The notes under the pieces: model-generated
Databases searched by the model: none
What the model was told of the DNA's origin: nothing
The model's input: only the letters and a program-made list of their open reading frames with translations
Assembly: GCF_009914755.1 (NCBI RefSeq)
Contig: NC_060944.1
Direction: 5' to 3' (one strand)
DNA length: 64,000 nucleotides
Source: the human T2T-CHM13v2.0 reference genome, Homo sapiens
Shown here: positions 1 to 14,178 of the stretch, piece after piece
Layout: the number at the start of each line of letters is the position of its first letter
Numbering within the stretch: position 1 is the first letter of the stretch
Made by a program: the position numbers and the translations under genes

Positions 1-3000
1 GCTTGGTCAGTGATTTTTTTTTTTTTTTTAAACAGCTCCAGAGGATCAGCCTGTAGCAAGGTTTGCAAACCACTATGCTAGGGTGACTGGGAGGCGGGGG
101 GAATCCAGCCTGATTGGCTTCCTCCAAACCCCTCCTATCACAATTAGTATCATTTATAAGAATGGAAAATAATCGTATTTTGCCACCTTAAATGTTTCTG
201 GGATAAAACAAGGAATCCATCTGTTGATTAATCTTGATCTCTGTGCAGGATTTTCCAATTCATAACACTCTCTCTTATTATGACCTCGTGTCATCCTTGA
301 AATAACCCTTGAAGAAGGCCTTGTTAAACCCACTTTCTGGATGAGGAAACTGAGGCCCACGGAGGGGCAGGAGTTTCCCCACAGCCCTAGCGGAGTCAGC
401 AGCAGAGCTGGGGTTGGGTCCGAACCCTCCTGACTCCAAGTTCAGCGCTTGGTCCTGATACAATGTCAGGGGCCCTCCTGCTGCCTGGTCATTTGTCCAT
501 TCAGTGGCAGCTATGGCTTAGACCCAGGCCCAAGTGGATCTCACCCAATGGCCGGCTGCAGGTGCCCCCTCCAAGGACTGGGTGCCCCACAGCCCTCCCC
601 TCTTGGCTTTTCAGTTCAGCTGACTGACATGCAAATTAGTTTAATTATTTCTTCTTCTAAAATAAATTATATTTTGCAGTAGCTGCAATATGTTGTGTCA
701 GGCAAAATTACATTCAATATTTTTAAACTAATTGATGCAGCCTTGAGGAAGGCTGATTGACAGCCCGGGGCTGAGCAGGCCTGCAGCCTTAACCGATTCC
801 TAAATTAAAATTAAACGTGCTTTGGCCCGGTGCTTCCTCCTTGAACTGCCTCACCATTAATCCGGGGGGGTGGCAGGTGAAGCCCCGGGGGTCTGAGGGA
901 CCTGAGGAGGCTGGGCAGCTCAGGGTGCCTAGGGTAGAGACCAAACTCGGGGCAGGAGAACTGCTGTGCAGTGGGGCAGGTCTCTCACCTTCACTGGGCC
1001 TCAGAGTTTCTTCTGTATAATGGACAGGGGATTGGACTGGACAATCTGGAACTGAAACCTGTGGTTTTTGCTGACAGTTGTGGATCAAGCATCTCCTTTG
1101 TACCAAGGACTCAGCAGTGAACAAGACAGCATGGTCTCGTTCTAGTGGCAGGTACAGACATTACTCCAGACTGTGATAAGAGCTGAGGGAAAAAAGTTAA
1201 GGAGCTGTGAGAGCTTGGAGCAGGGGGTCTTGCCTGGTGGGATGCAGGATGTTTTTCCTGGAAAAACATGATATTTCTGCTGAGTCCTGCTGAGTCCTGA
1301 CTGGGAAGTAATTGTATGAGGGGGATGGGAAAGGAAAGACTGTCTCAGGCAGTGGGATCAGCACGTGCAAAGGCCCTGGGGTGGGAGGGGAGGATGTGGA
1401 TAATGAGACTCTGGATCTCTTCCAAGGAGGATCCCAGCCCCTACTAGAGTTACTCATTTGACATCTGGACCAACCTGAGTGGGCGTGGGGATGGGGATGG
1501 GGGCCAATGGGAAGGCAAGAGGAGACGGGGCCTGGCCTGGTGCCCCTGTTAGGGCGCTCCTATGAATGTGCTCCTCCCTGGAAGAATGGCAACAAACACA
1601 CATTAAGTACATGCCAAGGACCAGGGTCTGGGCTGCCCCATTTCGTCCTGTCAACCACGGTGGGAGGCAGGGAGTGCTGTTGTTGCTGTTTTACTGATGA
1701 GGAAACGGGCTCAGAGGGGTGAGAAAACTTGCCCAAAGTCTCATAGGAGCTGGGACTCGAACCTGGGTCTGGTTTTAAAGGGGAGTTTTTAACCACCACA
1801 TGATGTTGCCTTTCTTGTCTTTAGCTGTCAGAATCCATCTTGCCTTCAAGGCCCTGAACAAATTTCCCTGCTTCCTCCAGGAAGCTTTCCTTGATTGCTC
1901 TCAGTTCTGGGCAATCCAAGGATAAGCCCAAGTCCCCCATGCCCACAAGGCCCCCCATGATCATCCTGCTGTGGTCTCTCTGGCCTCGTTGCTACCCCTC
2001 CCTCCTTCTTTCACTCTGCTCCAAGTTTGCTCCTTTACCTCCTTCAGGTCTTGGCCCAGATTTCTTCTAGGAGAGGCCTCCCCTAAAGACCTTATTTCCA
2101 TGTGCCCTTTGCCATCCTACCAAATGCCACTTCCCTGCCTTATTCCTCTTTGTAGCATTTACCCAGCACCCTCTGTTTTTATTTAACTTTCTCATCCTCT
2201 ATCTCCTCCCCTAGTATGTAAGCAGAATTTTTGTATATTTTCTTTACTGCTGTATCCCCAGCAACTGTGTGCACACTACATAGTAGATGCTTAATAAAGA
2301 TGTGTGAAATGAATGGATTCCACTGTCTGTGGCATTTCTGACCATGGCCACGCTCCAGGAGGGATGCTGGGGAGGTGCAGGGGGAGAAACTGAGACCTTC
2401 TTGGATGAACTGACTCTGTTGTATCAGGGATTGGGTCCCCTCCATTTCAGAAACAGTCTAGTGCTGGGACCCTCTTCCTGCCTCTCTCTTTCTCTGTCTC
2501 TTGACCAAGGTTTTCTCATCAGTAAAACAAATGGAGTTGGATTCTGTGGCTCTCCTTGGCTGTCACAGAGAAAGACAGAAGCCTGGAGAGAAAGAGAGAA
2601 GTGAAGCTGCAAGAGTGGGAGTGGGAAGGAGAGTGGGGGGTGGAGTGGGAGGGGGAGAGAGAGAGAGGAGAGAGGTCAGCTCAAAGAAAGTGCCTTCCCT
2701 CTCACTTGCAGTGGCAGGGATAGAGCAGAGCTTGGACCCTCTTCTCCACTATCCCCCCAGCCCCTCCCTCCTCCCCGAGGGAGTTAAATTGCATCCAAAC
2801 ACCAGGCTCTGATTAGAGCTGGCCAGCTGGGCAGGAAGATTTATCATCCCAATTACAAGCCCGCCAAGACAAGCAGGCAGGACAGTGAGGCGCACGGGAC
2901 GAGCAGATGGGGGTGCTCCAGGGAAGGGGGTGTCAGGGTAGACAGAAGCGAACTCCTTGCACTCCCTGCCCTGTCCCCATGCCCCCCCCCAGTGGGAGCA

Positions 3001-3828
3001 GGAGGCTCAGGTGCCCTTCTCTGTCCCTTGAAGGGACTTCAGTGATCTATTTGGTTTCCACATGGAGACTGGAAGCTTTGACCTTATTGGGGGGACGTTT
3101 ATTCCTCCAAGGAAGGGGTGGGGGAGGACTTCTGGGTGAAGCAGGGACCCTGAAATCATAACATCCCTGAAATTCAAAGGGGAGATGTGGGAACTTTCCT
3201 TCCCCAGTGGCTGAGCTGGTCCCTAATGTTCTGGGCTGTCCTACTCCATGTATATCACAAAATCTTTGTTCCCCTTGGGGTCCGTTAGGGACTCAAGGTG
3301 GCACAGGATCCCAGGAGTCATCCAGTCCAAGAGGACCCTGGGCCTGATTTGCACACCTCTGGTGACAGGGAGCTCACTGTCTCTTGAAGCAGCCCCTTCC
3401 ATGCAGAGCTGTGACATGTCTCTTTCCCGGGCAGCCTCCCTGGAGCTCCCAACCACCTGCCCTGGTCCTGCCCTGGACCCTCCAGCCCAAAGCTGAGCCT
3501 GACAGCCTCCCATATGTTCCCCCGACTCCATGTTTGCCCCCTCCAAGCCATCCTCCCCATGAACCCGAGGGAACACTGGGGACCAAACATCTGATCACGC
3601 CACTCTTCTGCTCAAAGACCTGTGCTGGCTCCCTGTCACCTCCAGGAGATGTCTGGTTCCTCATGGGACACCAAGGCCCTTTCTGTACAGGCCCAGTGAG
3701 CTTCTTCACTCACCCCTTGCCTCACCTGCTCTGGACACCCTTCAGCTCCAGAGCCTGGCCACACCCAGCCTCTCTGTTCTCAGAATGGCCTCAGACATCC
3801 AAGCTCCCAGGCCTTTGCACACAGGGGG

Positions 3829-3890
3829 CTTTCTGCTGGGAACACCTGAATCCCCTTTCTGCCTGGAACACCTGAATCCCCTTTCTGCCC
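3829..3890 (+). repeat. 26-bp tandem duplication (about 2.4 copies)
   Basis: ctttctgc(c/t)(t/g)ggaacacctgaatccc twice plus a partial copy. Confidence 0.9.
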
Positions 3891-3937
3891 ATGGAAAAAC
3901 TTCCTTGGCCTTTGAAACCCAACTCAGATGTCCTCTT

Positions 3938-4104
3938 GGCCAGGTGCTGGTGCTCATGCCTGTAATCCCAGTGCTTTGGGAGGCCAAGGTGGGAGGATTG
4001 CTTGAGCCCAGGAGTTGGACACAAGCCTGGGTAACAGAGTGAGAGCCCCCTCTTTACCAAAAACAAACAAACAAACAAAAACCACACACACAAAAACAAA
4101 AAAA
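3938..4104 (+). mobile_element. FLAM/Alu monomer
   Basis: Single Alu arm (tgtaatcccag...ttgagcccaggagtt), A-rich tail, TSD-like agatgtcc. Confidence 0.85.
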
Positions 4105-4781
4105 TAGATGTCCCCTCCTCTGGGAAGGGTTTTCTGGCCCTCGCTGGGTAGGCCAGTCTCTCCCTGCTCCTCAGGAATCGCCGCGACCCCATGACTTTCA
4201 CTGTGTGTTGTCACTGACTGTCAATGGGTCTCTCCCCGCCCACCCGTGAACTCTCAGGTCAGTGGCCAAGCCTCGTTCATCACTGGGTCTCAGAGCCCAG
4301 CCCTGGCTGGGGTGGGTGACAAGAGGCCCCAGAAAACACTGGCTGCGGGTACATGGCTTGTTGGTGTGTGTGTGGGTCCCTGCAGGAGAAACTGAGCACT
4401 CTCTGCTGCTCAGACCCCACTGTGACCTTCACTCCTCATCCCTGTCCCTTTCTCCAGCCTCCTTAGGCCTCCTCTATGGTCCTTCTGAGAGGCATAGACT
4501 GGGAGTCAGAAAGCCTCATGGGGGAACTCCCTTCCTTGGCGTCTGTCTCCCCAGGTTGGGTATGGGGCTGGAGGATGGGTATAGGGCTGGAGCCCATCAT
4601 CTCTGACATTCCCTCTCCTCTCAGATTCTCTCCCTGACTATTAAGAGCACCTACTGTGTGTCAGGCACACAGTAGGCACCTGCGCTAGGCACTTGAGGCA
4701 CATTATTTCTAATCCTTGGGGGATTTATGTTTTATAGAAAGCACTCAGCACAATGCCTGGCATATTGTAAGCTTTAAGTAA

Positions 4782-5144
<363 letters not shown>

Positions 5145-6348
5145 TAAGTATGATTGTCACCATTTTGTAGATGACAAAACCAAGGTAACAAGATGGGAGT
5201 GACCTGTCCAGGCCCACCCAACTGGGAACCATGCGACTAGAAGCATTTCTTCTCCATCATGCATTCCTGTTTTTCCAACTGGGCATGCAAGCCCATTCAT
5301 TCATCCATTCGGTAAACACACATGCCTACTGTGTGCCTGGCCTGTGTGTGCTGCAGGTATAGACTGGGCCCTGCCCTCATGGAAGGTACAGTTTCCCAGG
5401 GAAGAGCGATCTTCACTGAATACTCACACAGACCCATCTAAAAATCATAACACGTGCTCTGTGGCATGAAGGGAAAAGCAGGGTGCTGTGAGACGTGACT
5501 TGGCCTGGGGTGACCCAGATGGGGAAGCTTCTGGCGAGTCTGGTTAACCCTTTGCTGTCCTGGACATCTAGCTATTACCCCTCCAGATCAGCTTAGGGCT
5601 GGATGACTCTTGAGAGTGTGGCTGGGTGCCCCCCTTGGCACTCCCGCCTCCCAGTGTTGGTTTTCCAAGTCTCCCCTAGACCCCCCCCCCACCCAGTCTC
5701 TTTGAAGACTGTCCCTTTACAACTGCCCTTTCCACCGAAGGATTCAGACACAAATTGTACTTTAAATTCAATATCAGTCATTAATATTTCATGATTACAA
5801 AACGTTAAAGATAATGTCAGTGGAAGGAGCGTCTGCATGGGCAGAATGGATGACTCAGAAGTTCGGGGAGAGGGGAGCCGGCATACTAAGTGGCTCGGGA
5901 GTCTTTGAGGTAATCCAGTATGACAGGCGGTGGCTCCTGGCTGAGTGCAACATTCTCCGAGGTGCTCACCAAGCGCCGCCGCTGTGTATAAATATTTCCC
6001 CTCTGATTCTTGTCACCTCATGTTTATTATGACCAGGAGCAGGTGGGGCCACCATGACCCTCTGAGTTTCCCTTCTGTTTTTGAGGAAGCCAAATGGACG
6101 CTTTGGCAGGAGGGCATGGGGCTGGGTGGGCAGACCCGATGGCCATGCACCTGGGGCTCTGGCTGGCTCCTGGGAAGCCGGAGGTCTTGGGTCAAGCCTG
6201 CCCCTGCCAGGACTTGCTCTGTGATCTTGGGGCCATCCCTGTTCTTCCCTGAGCCTCTGTTTCCTCATCTGTAAAATGGGGATAATAAGTTTGTTCCCAT
6301 CTCATGGAGATGGTGAAAAGGAAGAGTGGGTCAGTTATTTGTGGCAGC

Positions 6349-6639
6349 TTTTTTTTTTTGAGACAGAGTCTTGCCTGTTGCCCAGGCTGGAGCGCAGGGG
6401 CATGATCTTGGCTCATTGCAACCTCTGCCTTTGGGTTCAAGCGATTCTCGTGCCTTAGCCTCCCCAGCAGCTGGGAGTATATGCACACGCCACCATGCCC
6501 AGTTAATTTTTGTATTTTTAGTAGACATGGGGTTTCGCCATGTTGGCCAGGCTGGTCTCGAACTCTTGAACTCAAGTGATCTGACCCCTTTGGCCTCCCA
6601 AAGTACTGGGATTACAGGCGTGAGCCACTGTGCCTGGCC
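6349..6639 (-). mobile_element. Alu (S/J)
   Basis: Full dimer, poly-T on the plus strand. Confidence 0.92.
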
Positions 6640-7361
6640 TGTGAGAGCTCTTGATTTTGTGCCAGCACCAGGGAAACAGGACTGGAGGGGCAGCTGAGGA
6701 GAGCCGGGCTCTGGAGTCAGGCAGGCTGGGGTTGGGAACCTGGACAAATGACTTCGCCTTGCTGAGTCAGGTTCCTCATCCCCACAGTGAAGATGGCAGT
6801 AGAATGGACACCCCTTAGGGGTGAAGATTTCATGAGCTCATCACAAGAAAGGGCCCGGAACAGAGTCAAGACCTACAGATACCATCAACTGAGCACTTAC
6901 TAAGCACCAACCACTAGGCTAAGTTCTTCCCATGAGCTATGCTGTTTGATCCTCCCACCAGCTCTCTGAAGCAAAACCATTCCTTTTCCCATTAATTAAT
7001 ATCCTGGGTGAGGAGTGGGCAGGGGCTGGGGATCACAGCTCAGAGAAGGGGGGTCTCGAGCCCAGTGGCTAGTCTTCTCCTTTCAGAGATACATCTCCTT
7101 CCCCACAGTCAGTTACTGGGGTTGATGGATGGGATGGGGGTGGGGCTCAGACAGCAGAGAGTGCCCAGAAAAGGGAGGCCATGCAGCAATGCCGTGGGGA
7201 CCAAGCATGCCTGGTCCAAATCCCAGCTTTGCCAGTGCACATCTTTGGCAAGCAAGTTTCCAAACTCTCCAAGCCTCAATTTTCCCATCAGGAAAATGGG
7301 TGCTAATCATGCTACTGATGATAATTCAATAAAGTATGTGCTGGAAAGCATCTAGGCCAGG

Positions 7362-7384
7362 ATATATATATATATATATATATA
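7362..7384 (+). repeat. (AT)n microsatellite
   Basis: Perfect run. Confidence 0.9.
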
Positions 7385-8352
7385 CATATGAAGCAAAAAT
7401 TGTAAAATGTTTGTGGAGGAGTACCCCTCCCCCGATTCTGTCTCCTATGAAATGGCAGCCTTACAGGCTTCATATGCTATTCTAGCTGCTTTCTGAAAGA
7501 GACCCACTGGGTAGAAGCACAATGCTTAACCCAAGAGGAGATTGTTGCTGGTGGTGGGACACTGGGCCGGTGATAGGCTGGTGGCGGAGGGGCGTGTATC
7601 TGTGAGTAGGGAGAGGAGGCATCCCTGCCCAGCAGCCAGGCCAGTCCTCCCTCACTCCATCTACAGCCCAGAGCCTCAGTTGCTACCCAGGGAACAGGTT
7701 TGAGGAGGCAAGGAGGGGGAGCTCTCTTCCCCCAAGTCCAGCCACCACTTCCTCTCCAGCCACCTTTGTTATCTCCCTTTCATGCGGTAGAGGAGTGGAT
7801 TCAAAGGCTCCAGAGCAGCAGTCACTGAGGTCTGAGCCAGCTTTGTATTTCCTTTTAAACTGCAGTTGAAAGAGACGAAGGGAACTTCAGCCTAGGGACT
7901 TCCTTGACCCCAGAATGGGCCAGTGGGGCCTGGGAAATGGGGGGATGGCAGCTAGGGGAGGAGGAAGAGGGCTGGCAGGAGGAGCTTGGGTCAGGAGGGG
8001 CCTGGGGCAGAGGGGCCTGGGATCCTGATGGGCAGAGGCGAGTTTGAATGTTGCCTACCCGCCTGCAGCTCAGAGACTCAACCATATTCCTGTTGTCATG
8101 ATTGCTTATTGGTGGCTCTGTTGATGCCTGAGACCTTGAGGGCTGATGGGGTAGAGAAGCTGGGAAAGCAGGTGGAGGCCATGACAGTGGCAGTGTTGCT
8201 CTGGGCATGGAGGAAGCCCAAGGGCACTCCCCCTGGCCTCTCTCCCAGTGCTCTCAGCTCCTCACCTCCACAGCCTTACTTACCTGGATGCCATGTCTCA
8301 GGCTCTCTCTCTTTCTCTCCCAGCTCACATTTCTCCCTAGCTGCACCAAAAA

Positions 8353-8353
<1 letters not shown>

Positions 8354-8397
<44 letters not shown>
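8354..8397 (+). repeat. (AC)22 microsatellite
   Basis: Perfect dinucleotide run. Confidence 0.95.
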
Positions 8398-8399
<2 letters not shown>

Positions 8400-8401
<2 letters not shown>

Positions 8402-9185
8402 TCTTCCAGAAACTCAGGCCAAACACCCTGGAGTCATCCTTGACCCTTCTCCATCTCTCCCCGGGACATCAGCCCATGAGCAGATTCCACTGGCTCTATC
8501 TTCAGCCTGTATCCCAAAGCCAGCCACTTCTCACCTCCTCCTCCCCTCCTCTGTAGCTACTGCCCTGGGCCAGGCCATGGTCCTATCTCCCAAGCACTAT
8601 TGCTTTCAGCTTCTAGCTAAGGCCCCGTTTCCCTCTCAGGCTCCAGGCTCTTCTCAATGCAGCTGCCAGAGGTACCCTGATGGAGAACATCCCTCCTCTC
8701 CCCAAATGCCTCCAATGACTCTAACTTCATTTGGAGTAAAGTCCAAAGACTCTCCAGTGGCTCTGGCTGACCACGCTGCCCCTCATCAACCACACTGGCC
8801 TCTTTGCTGTTCCTCCAACGTGCTTGGCAAATTACACCGCAGGGCCTCTTTGCACTGGCTGTTCCCCCTGCTTGGAATGCTCTTCCTGCAGATGTCAGCA
8901 TGACTCCCTCCCCTTTTGAGGTCTTTGTTGAAATGTCTTTTCCTCATCTCTTAGATGTTCCCCTAAGAGAAGCAACGCACCTCCTCCTCCCAGTTCCCTT
9001 TCCCAGCCTCCTTCTCTCCTTGTTTCTTCTTAGCACTTAGCATCACCTGACATATTATGTCCGTGCTTTCTCTCTGTTGATAGTCTTGTTCTCCCTATGA
9101 GGACAGAAGCTTTTCTGTCATGTTCAAGGCTGGATCCCCAACCCCTAAAACAGGGCTTGCACGTAGCAGATGCTCAATTAATGAT
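8400..9185 (+). mobile_element. L2 fragment
   Basis: cctggagtcatccttgac...agggcctctttgcactggctgttccc...tgctcaattaat. Confidence 0.7.
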
Positions 9186-9488
9186 GAGAGAAGAAAGCCT
9201 AGTTTGAGACCAGCCCTACCCCCTTGACTTGGAACCAGCCCTACTCCCTTGACTTGCAACCCTGCTGGATCTTTGCTCGCACCCATCAGCTTTTGCCCTC
9301 GCCTTCACCGCTGTGAGATCTTTGTCTAGTTTCTTTCTCTTCGCACCATCCCCAACCTTTGGCCCCTCCCCCGTGGGCTTTGACTGACAGGGCTGCCTTG
9401 GCCCTGCCCCCAGCCCTTGGCCCCTCCCTTCAGCTTTTGCTCCTGGGCCCCATATTTGCCCTTGGAGGGGGCGTGGCGCCCAGCTCAC

Positions 9489-9625
9489 CCGCCTCCATGG
9501 CCAGCACTGTGATGTTGTGCCAGCCGGCCGTCTCGCGGTCCAGCCCCTTGCCAGTCACGATGGCGCCTGTGTCCGCATCGATATCGAAGATCTGGTCCAA
9601 ATCTGATTCGCGGTCAATGGCGTAC
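9489..9625 (-). CDS. CDH22: CDH22 exon 8 (EC4)
   Basis: acceptor ccccgcag|GTAC; 137 nt; RYAIDRESDLDQIFDIDADTGAIVTGKGLDRETAGWHNITVLAMEA; donor G|gtgagc. Confidence 0.96.
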
Positions 9626-9845
9626 CTGCGGGGGGCAGGGCAGGGCTGATTGAAGGTGCCCCAGTGCCAAATGGAGCCCATGTCCTTTTCTCCCAACCCC
9701 ACTCCAAGAGAGGGACCGCCTGCCTTGGACACACACAAGGGGCAGAGAAACCCCTTGCGACCGAGGAGGAGCGGGAAGCAACTGGGTGTGCATTTCACTT
9801 GCACGGGTAGCTGCTGTGACCATGGGCAGCCCTCAACCTTTCTGA

Positions 9846-10340
<495 letters not shown>

Positions 10341-10647
10341 CTCTTTTCTTTCTTTCTTTAGCCAGGGTCTCACTCTGTTACCCTGGGTAGAGTGCAATGG
10401 TGCCATCACGGCTCACTGCAGCCTCCATCTCCTGGGCTCAAGCCATCCTCCTGACTCACTGAGCCTCCCGAGTAGCTGGGACTGCAGGTGCGTGCCACCA
10501 CGCCCAGCTAATTTTTTTTTTTTTTTTTTCAGAGACAGGGTTTCGCTATGTTGCCCACACTGGTCTCGAACTACTGAGCTCAAGCGATCCGCTCGCCTTG
10601 GCCTCCCAAAGTGTTGAGGTTACAGGCATGAACCACTGCACCCTGCC
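10341..10647 (-). mobile_element. AluJ
   Basis: gggctcaag...cctcctg J-type features; its degenerate tail extends to about 9950. Confidence 0.85.
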
Positions 10648-10919
10648 GATTCTTATCTTTCCCTAAGAGGTGCCCCTGGAACTGAGCTTGAAGGCAGAGA
10701 CCGGGAGTGTGGGTGGCGTTCTGGGCAGGGGAAACAGAAGGTGCAAAGGCGCGGCGGCTGAGAATTATCCCAGAAATGGCAAACACTGCAAAATGGTTCG
10801 AACCGGGAAGTGGGGAGAATTCGGCACCAGAACACACCGGCACAGCACAGTTGGCGTGTACTGGGGAGCCAACGGGGAATTTTGAGCAGGGGAGAGGGGG
10901 GCAGTTGTGGCATTAGGAG

Positions 10920-11330
10920 GCTTCTCTGGGGGCCGCGGCGTGGACACGCCCAGGGACACGCGCTGGGCGAGTGCCGTGGGAGGGGGCCTGGGGACACGGC
11001 CGCCGGCTCCTCCCGCCTGCGCAGCACGCGCGAGCTAATCTGCAGCTTTTCCGTTGCCGCGTGAAAAAGCCCTTTGTTCCGCCTTCTTCCCGGGCCTTTG
11101 TGTGGCGGCTCCAGGCCTTAAAGGCCCGTGTCCAACACATGTCTCGGGCGGCGGCGGCCCAGAGAGGCCTCGCCAGCTCCGGCCTCCGCTTCCCCATGCT
11201 GATAACGCTGGTGGGGGCGCCGCGAGGCTGCGCGCGGACAAAGGCCTCGAATGCCAAGCAAGCGCTCATTGTGCGCCAGGACAAAGCAGCCTGGTAAGGA
11301 GGGGCCCCTGCGCAGCCACCCGGCCCCTCC
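10920..11330. promoter_or_regulatory. Intronic orphan CpG island, candidate enhancer (intron 7)
   Basis: Non-repetitive, CpG-dense, non-coding; five SOX-type motifs. Confidence 0.65.
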
Positions 11331-12389
11331 CACAGGCAGGAGGAAAGGGGCCTTTTTGTAGTCTCCCAGAGTGGGGAGGGGAGGACCCCAGAAGCATTGC
11401 CTGCTGGGGCCCAGAGCCCTGAGATGACCCGTCTGTGAGGCCTTGGCTGCATTGCCAAACCTCTCTGGGCCTCAACTCCCCCATCTCTGAAATGGGGATA
11501 TTGACACCCACTGGGACTTCGTGGGTCTGAAAGCAGTCAGAGCTGGGTTTGAATCCTCTGCCACTGATTCTACCTGTGTGACCTTGGGCAAGTCACTCCT
11601 TGGCTTCTGTTTGCTCACCTGAAAAAGAGGATGACTCCTACTCACCCCACATTGTGGTGTTAGAGGAGGGGCGGGCATACAGGACAGTCCTTATGCTTTT
11701 CATGTTTACTGTCCTGGAGGTGAATGCCTATGGCAAACTATAAAGGGATGTGCCTATGGGTGTAGTGGGCATTATAAGCCGATCCCCTGAACCCCCAGTT
11801 TAATGCTCCATACTGTTCCTAAACTGCTAAACCCATATTCTTCTTGCCCCTGGCCACCTTGAGTCCCGCTAGCCTGGGCGAAAGTACGTGGGGAGGTTCA
11901 GACCCACGATTATAATTCCTCCCTAGCATGCACCTAACAGTTTGGAGCCTGCTTCTCCCCCAACCATCCCTCCATTCATTCCTTTATGCCCTAAACACTA
12001 ATTGAGTGCCTTCTCTGTGCTGGTCTGTGCTAGACTCTGGGGATAAAGTGGCAAGTGAGATAGAAGAGGTCTCGGTCAGGCATCTTATGAGGCTGATGTG
12101 ATCTCCCCCATTTTACAGATGAAGACACTGAGGTCCAGAGAGGAAACTTGCCAAGCTTAGAGCTGCCAAGTATGGTTGTGCAGGTTGTGTCATGCACAAA
12201 GATACCAGGCCGAAGTGGGGAAGCAGGGGTGAATTCCAGCGAGCCTTCTGCTTGCCCAGCCACGTGTCCTAGACCAGGAAGTATCAAAGGGGGGCCTGTT
12301 TCTTATTTATACAAAGGTGACAATGAGCTAGTGATGCCGATGCCCTGCTCAAGGGTGTACAGCGACTCTGTCACAGAACTGAAATTTGA

Positions 12390-12718
<329 letters not shown>

Positions 12719-14178
12719 GCCAGAGTTCTTTTTAGCCTGACCGACAGCCCATCCAAAGTTGAACCAGCCAAATCCTCGATGCATGAAGCTTCAGGGTCCC
12801 CTTTGCCCCAGCCTGGCCCCATCAGATATCTGAGTCCAAAGGAGGTTGAAGGAGGCTCTTGAGCATCATCAGCTCAGCTGGAAAGAACTTTGGAGACCTC
12901 CTCCCATTCTACAGGTTGGAGGATAGAGGCCAGGAGAGGACCAGAGACATGACATAGCCTGGGCTTCTGATCCCTCGTCAGGGCTGGGCGAGAGGCCGGG
13001 CTGATGGGAGGATGCCAACTGCCTTCTTGTTGTTTCTCCTCCCTTCTTGGCTCAGAGCTGTCTCCTCTCTCCTCCCTCCATGCTGCTGCTGCTCCTCCTC
13101 CTCCTCTTCCTCCTTCTCCTTTGCCCTGTTTTTCTCTTTTGTTCTTTCCTCGAGGGGAAGGGAGGGGCTGGAATCTAAATGGAGGCAGCTGTTCCTAAGG
13201 CCATAGGGCGGGGGCAGCGGGGACCCGCCATTAACTAGCTAAAGACCTGGGGCTGGGGGTCAGTTTGGCTGGCTGAGCCCAGGTGTTTTTATTCCAGCTC
13301 AGGGAGCCAGAGAGTGAGTGGGAGGGAGGGAAGCAGGGAGGGGTGGGAGGAAGCAGTGTGTGGCAGGGACTGTGGCCTGGCAAACTTAGGGGTGGAGGGG
13401 TGGGGTGGGGGCGAAGCTTGTGCAGCTCACGTGTAGTGCTCGCATGGGTTGTGTATTTGGTCTGTGTTGTGGGTGGACAGTGTGTGTTTTGTGTGGCGTG
13501 AATATGTGAGTGGTGTTCCTGTGTGTGTGAGATTGTGCATTATAGTTGAGCAGTGGCTCAAGAGGCAGCAGCTCAGCCCTGGGTCTGGATCCAGGTCTGC
13601 ATTGCCCCCAGGCAAGTCACTTCCATCTTTAATTCCCAGCAAAATAGAGATGATAATCCTACTTTGTAAGTTGTCGGGAGAATGAAACGCATGTAAGGTG
13701 CCTAGCTGAGTTCCAGGAAAATTACTCCATGAATGGGAACTATTGTCACTGTAATTATTATTCAGAGATGTCTGGCAGGGAGTACACAGGAGTCCCCCCA
13801 ACCCAGTGTGTGGCTTGCATGCCTGGGGGCGGGGAGGTAAGATGTAGGGACACAGTAGTCTGAGAAGGACAGGAGGAAGCTGTGGGTCTAGAAGGTTCTG
13901 CTTAAATTTTGCAGTCCTACTTCTCATTTGGTGACAACAACCTGAAGGGCAGCAAGGGGAACTAGAACAGGTGAGGCTGGGGGAATAGGGAGAGAATATG
14001 AGTTTGTGGCAGCTCGTGTGTGTGTGCACCCACACATGCAAGGGAGGCCTGGGAATGGTGCTTAGGGGTGCAGATCTGATGCCCATCTGCCTAGGTTTGA
14101 AACCTAGATGTGTGACCTTGGGCAAGTCACCTAATCTCTCTGTTCTTCAGTTTCCTTCTCTTAAAAATGGAGATAGTA

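Noticed and set aside
6662-6682. CCAGCACCAGGGAAACAGG RE1-like site
   Set aside because: The right half-site lacks the conserved GGAnAG.
7986-8903. 305-aa plus-strand ORF
   Set aside because: Runs through the (AC)22 repeat and a decayed L2; no recognisable protein features.
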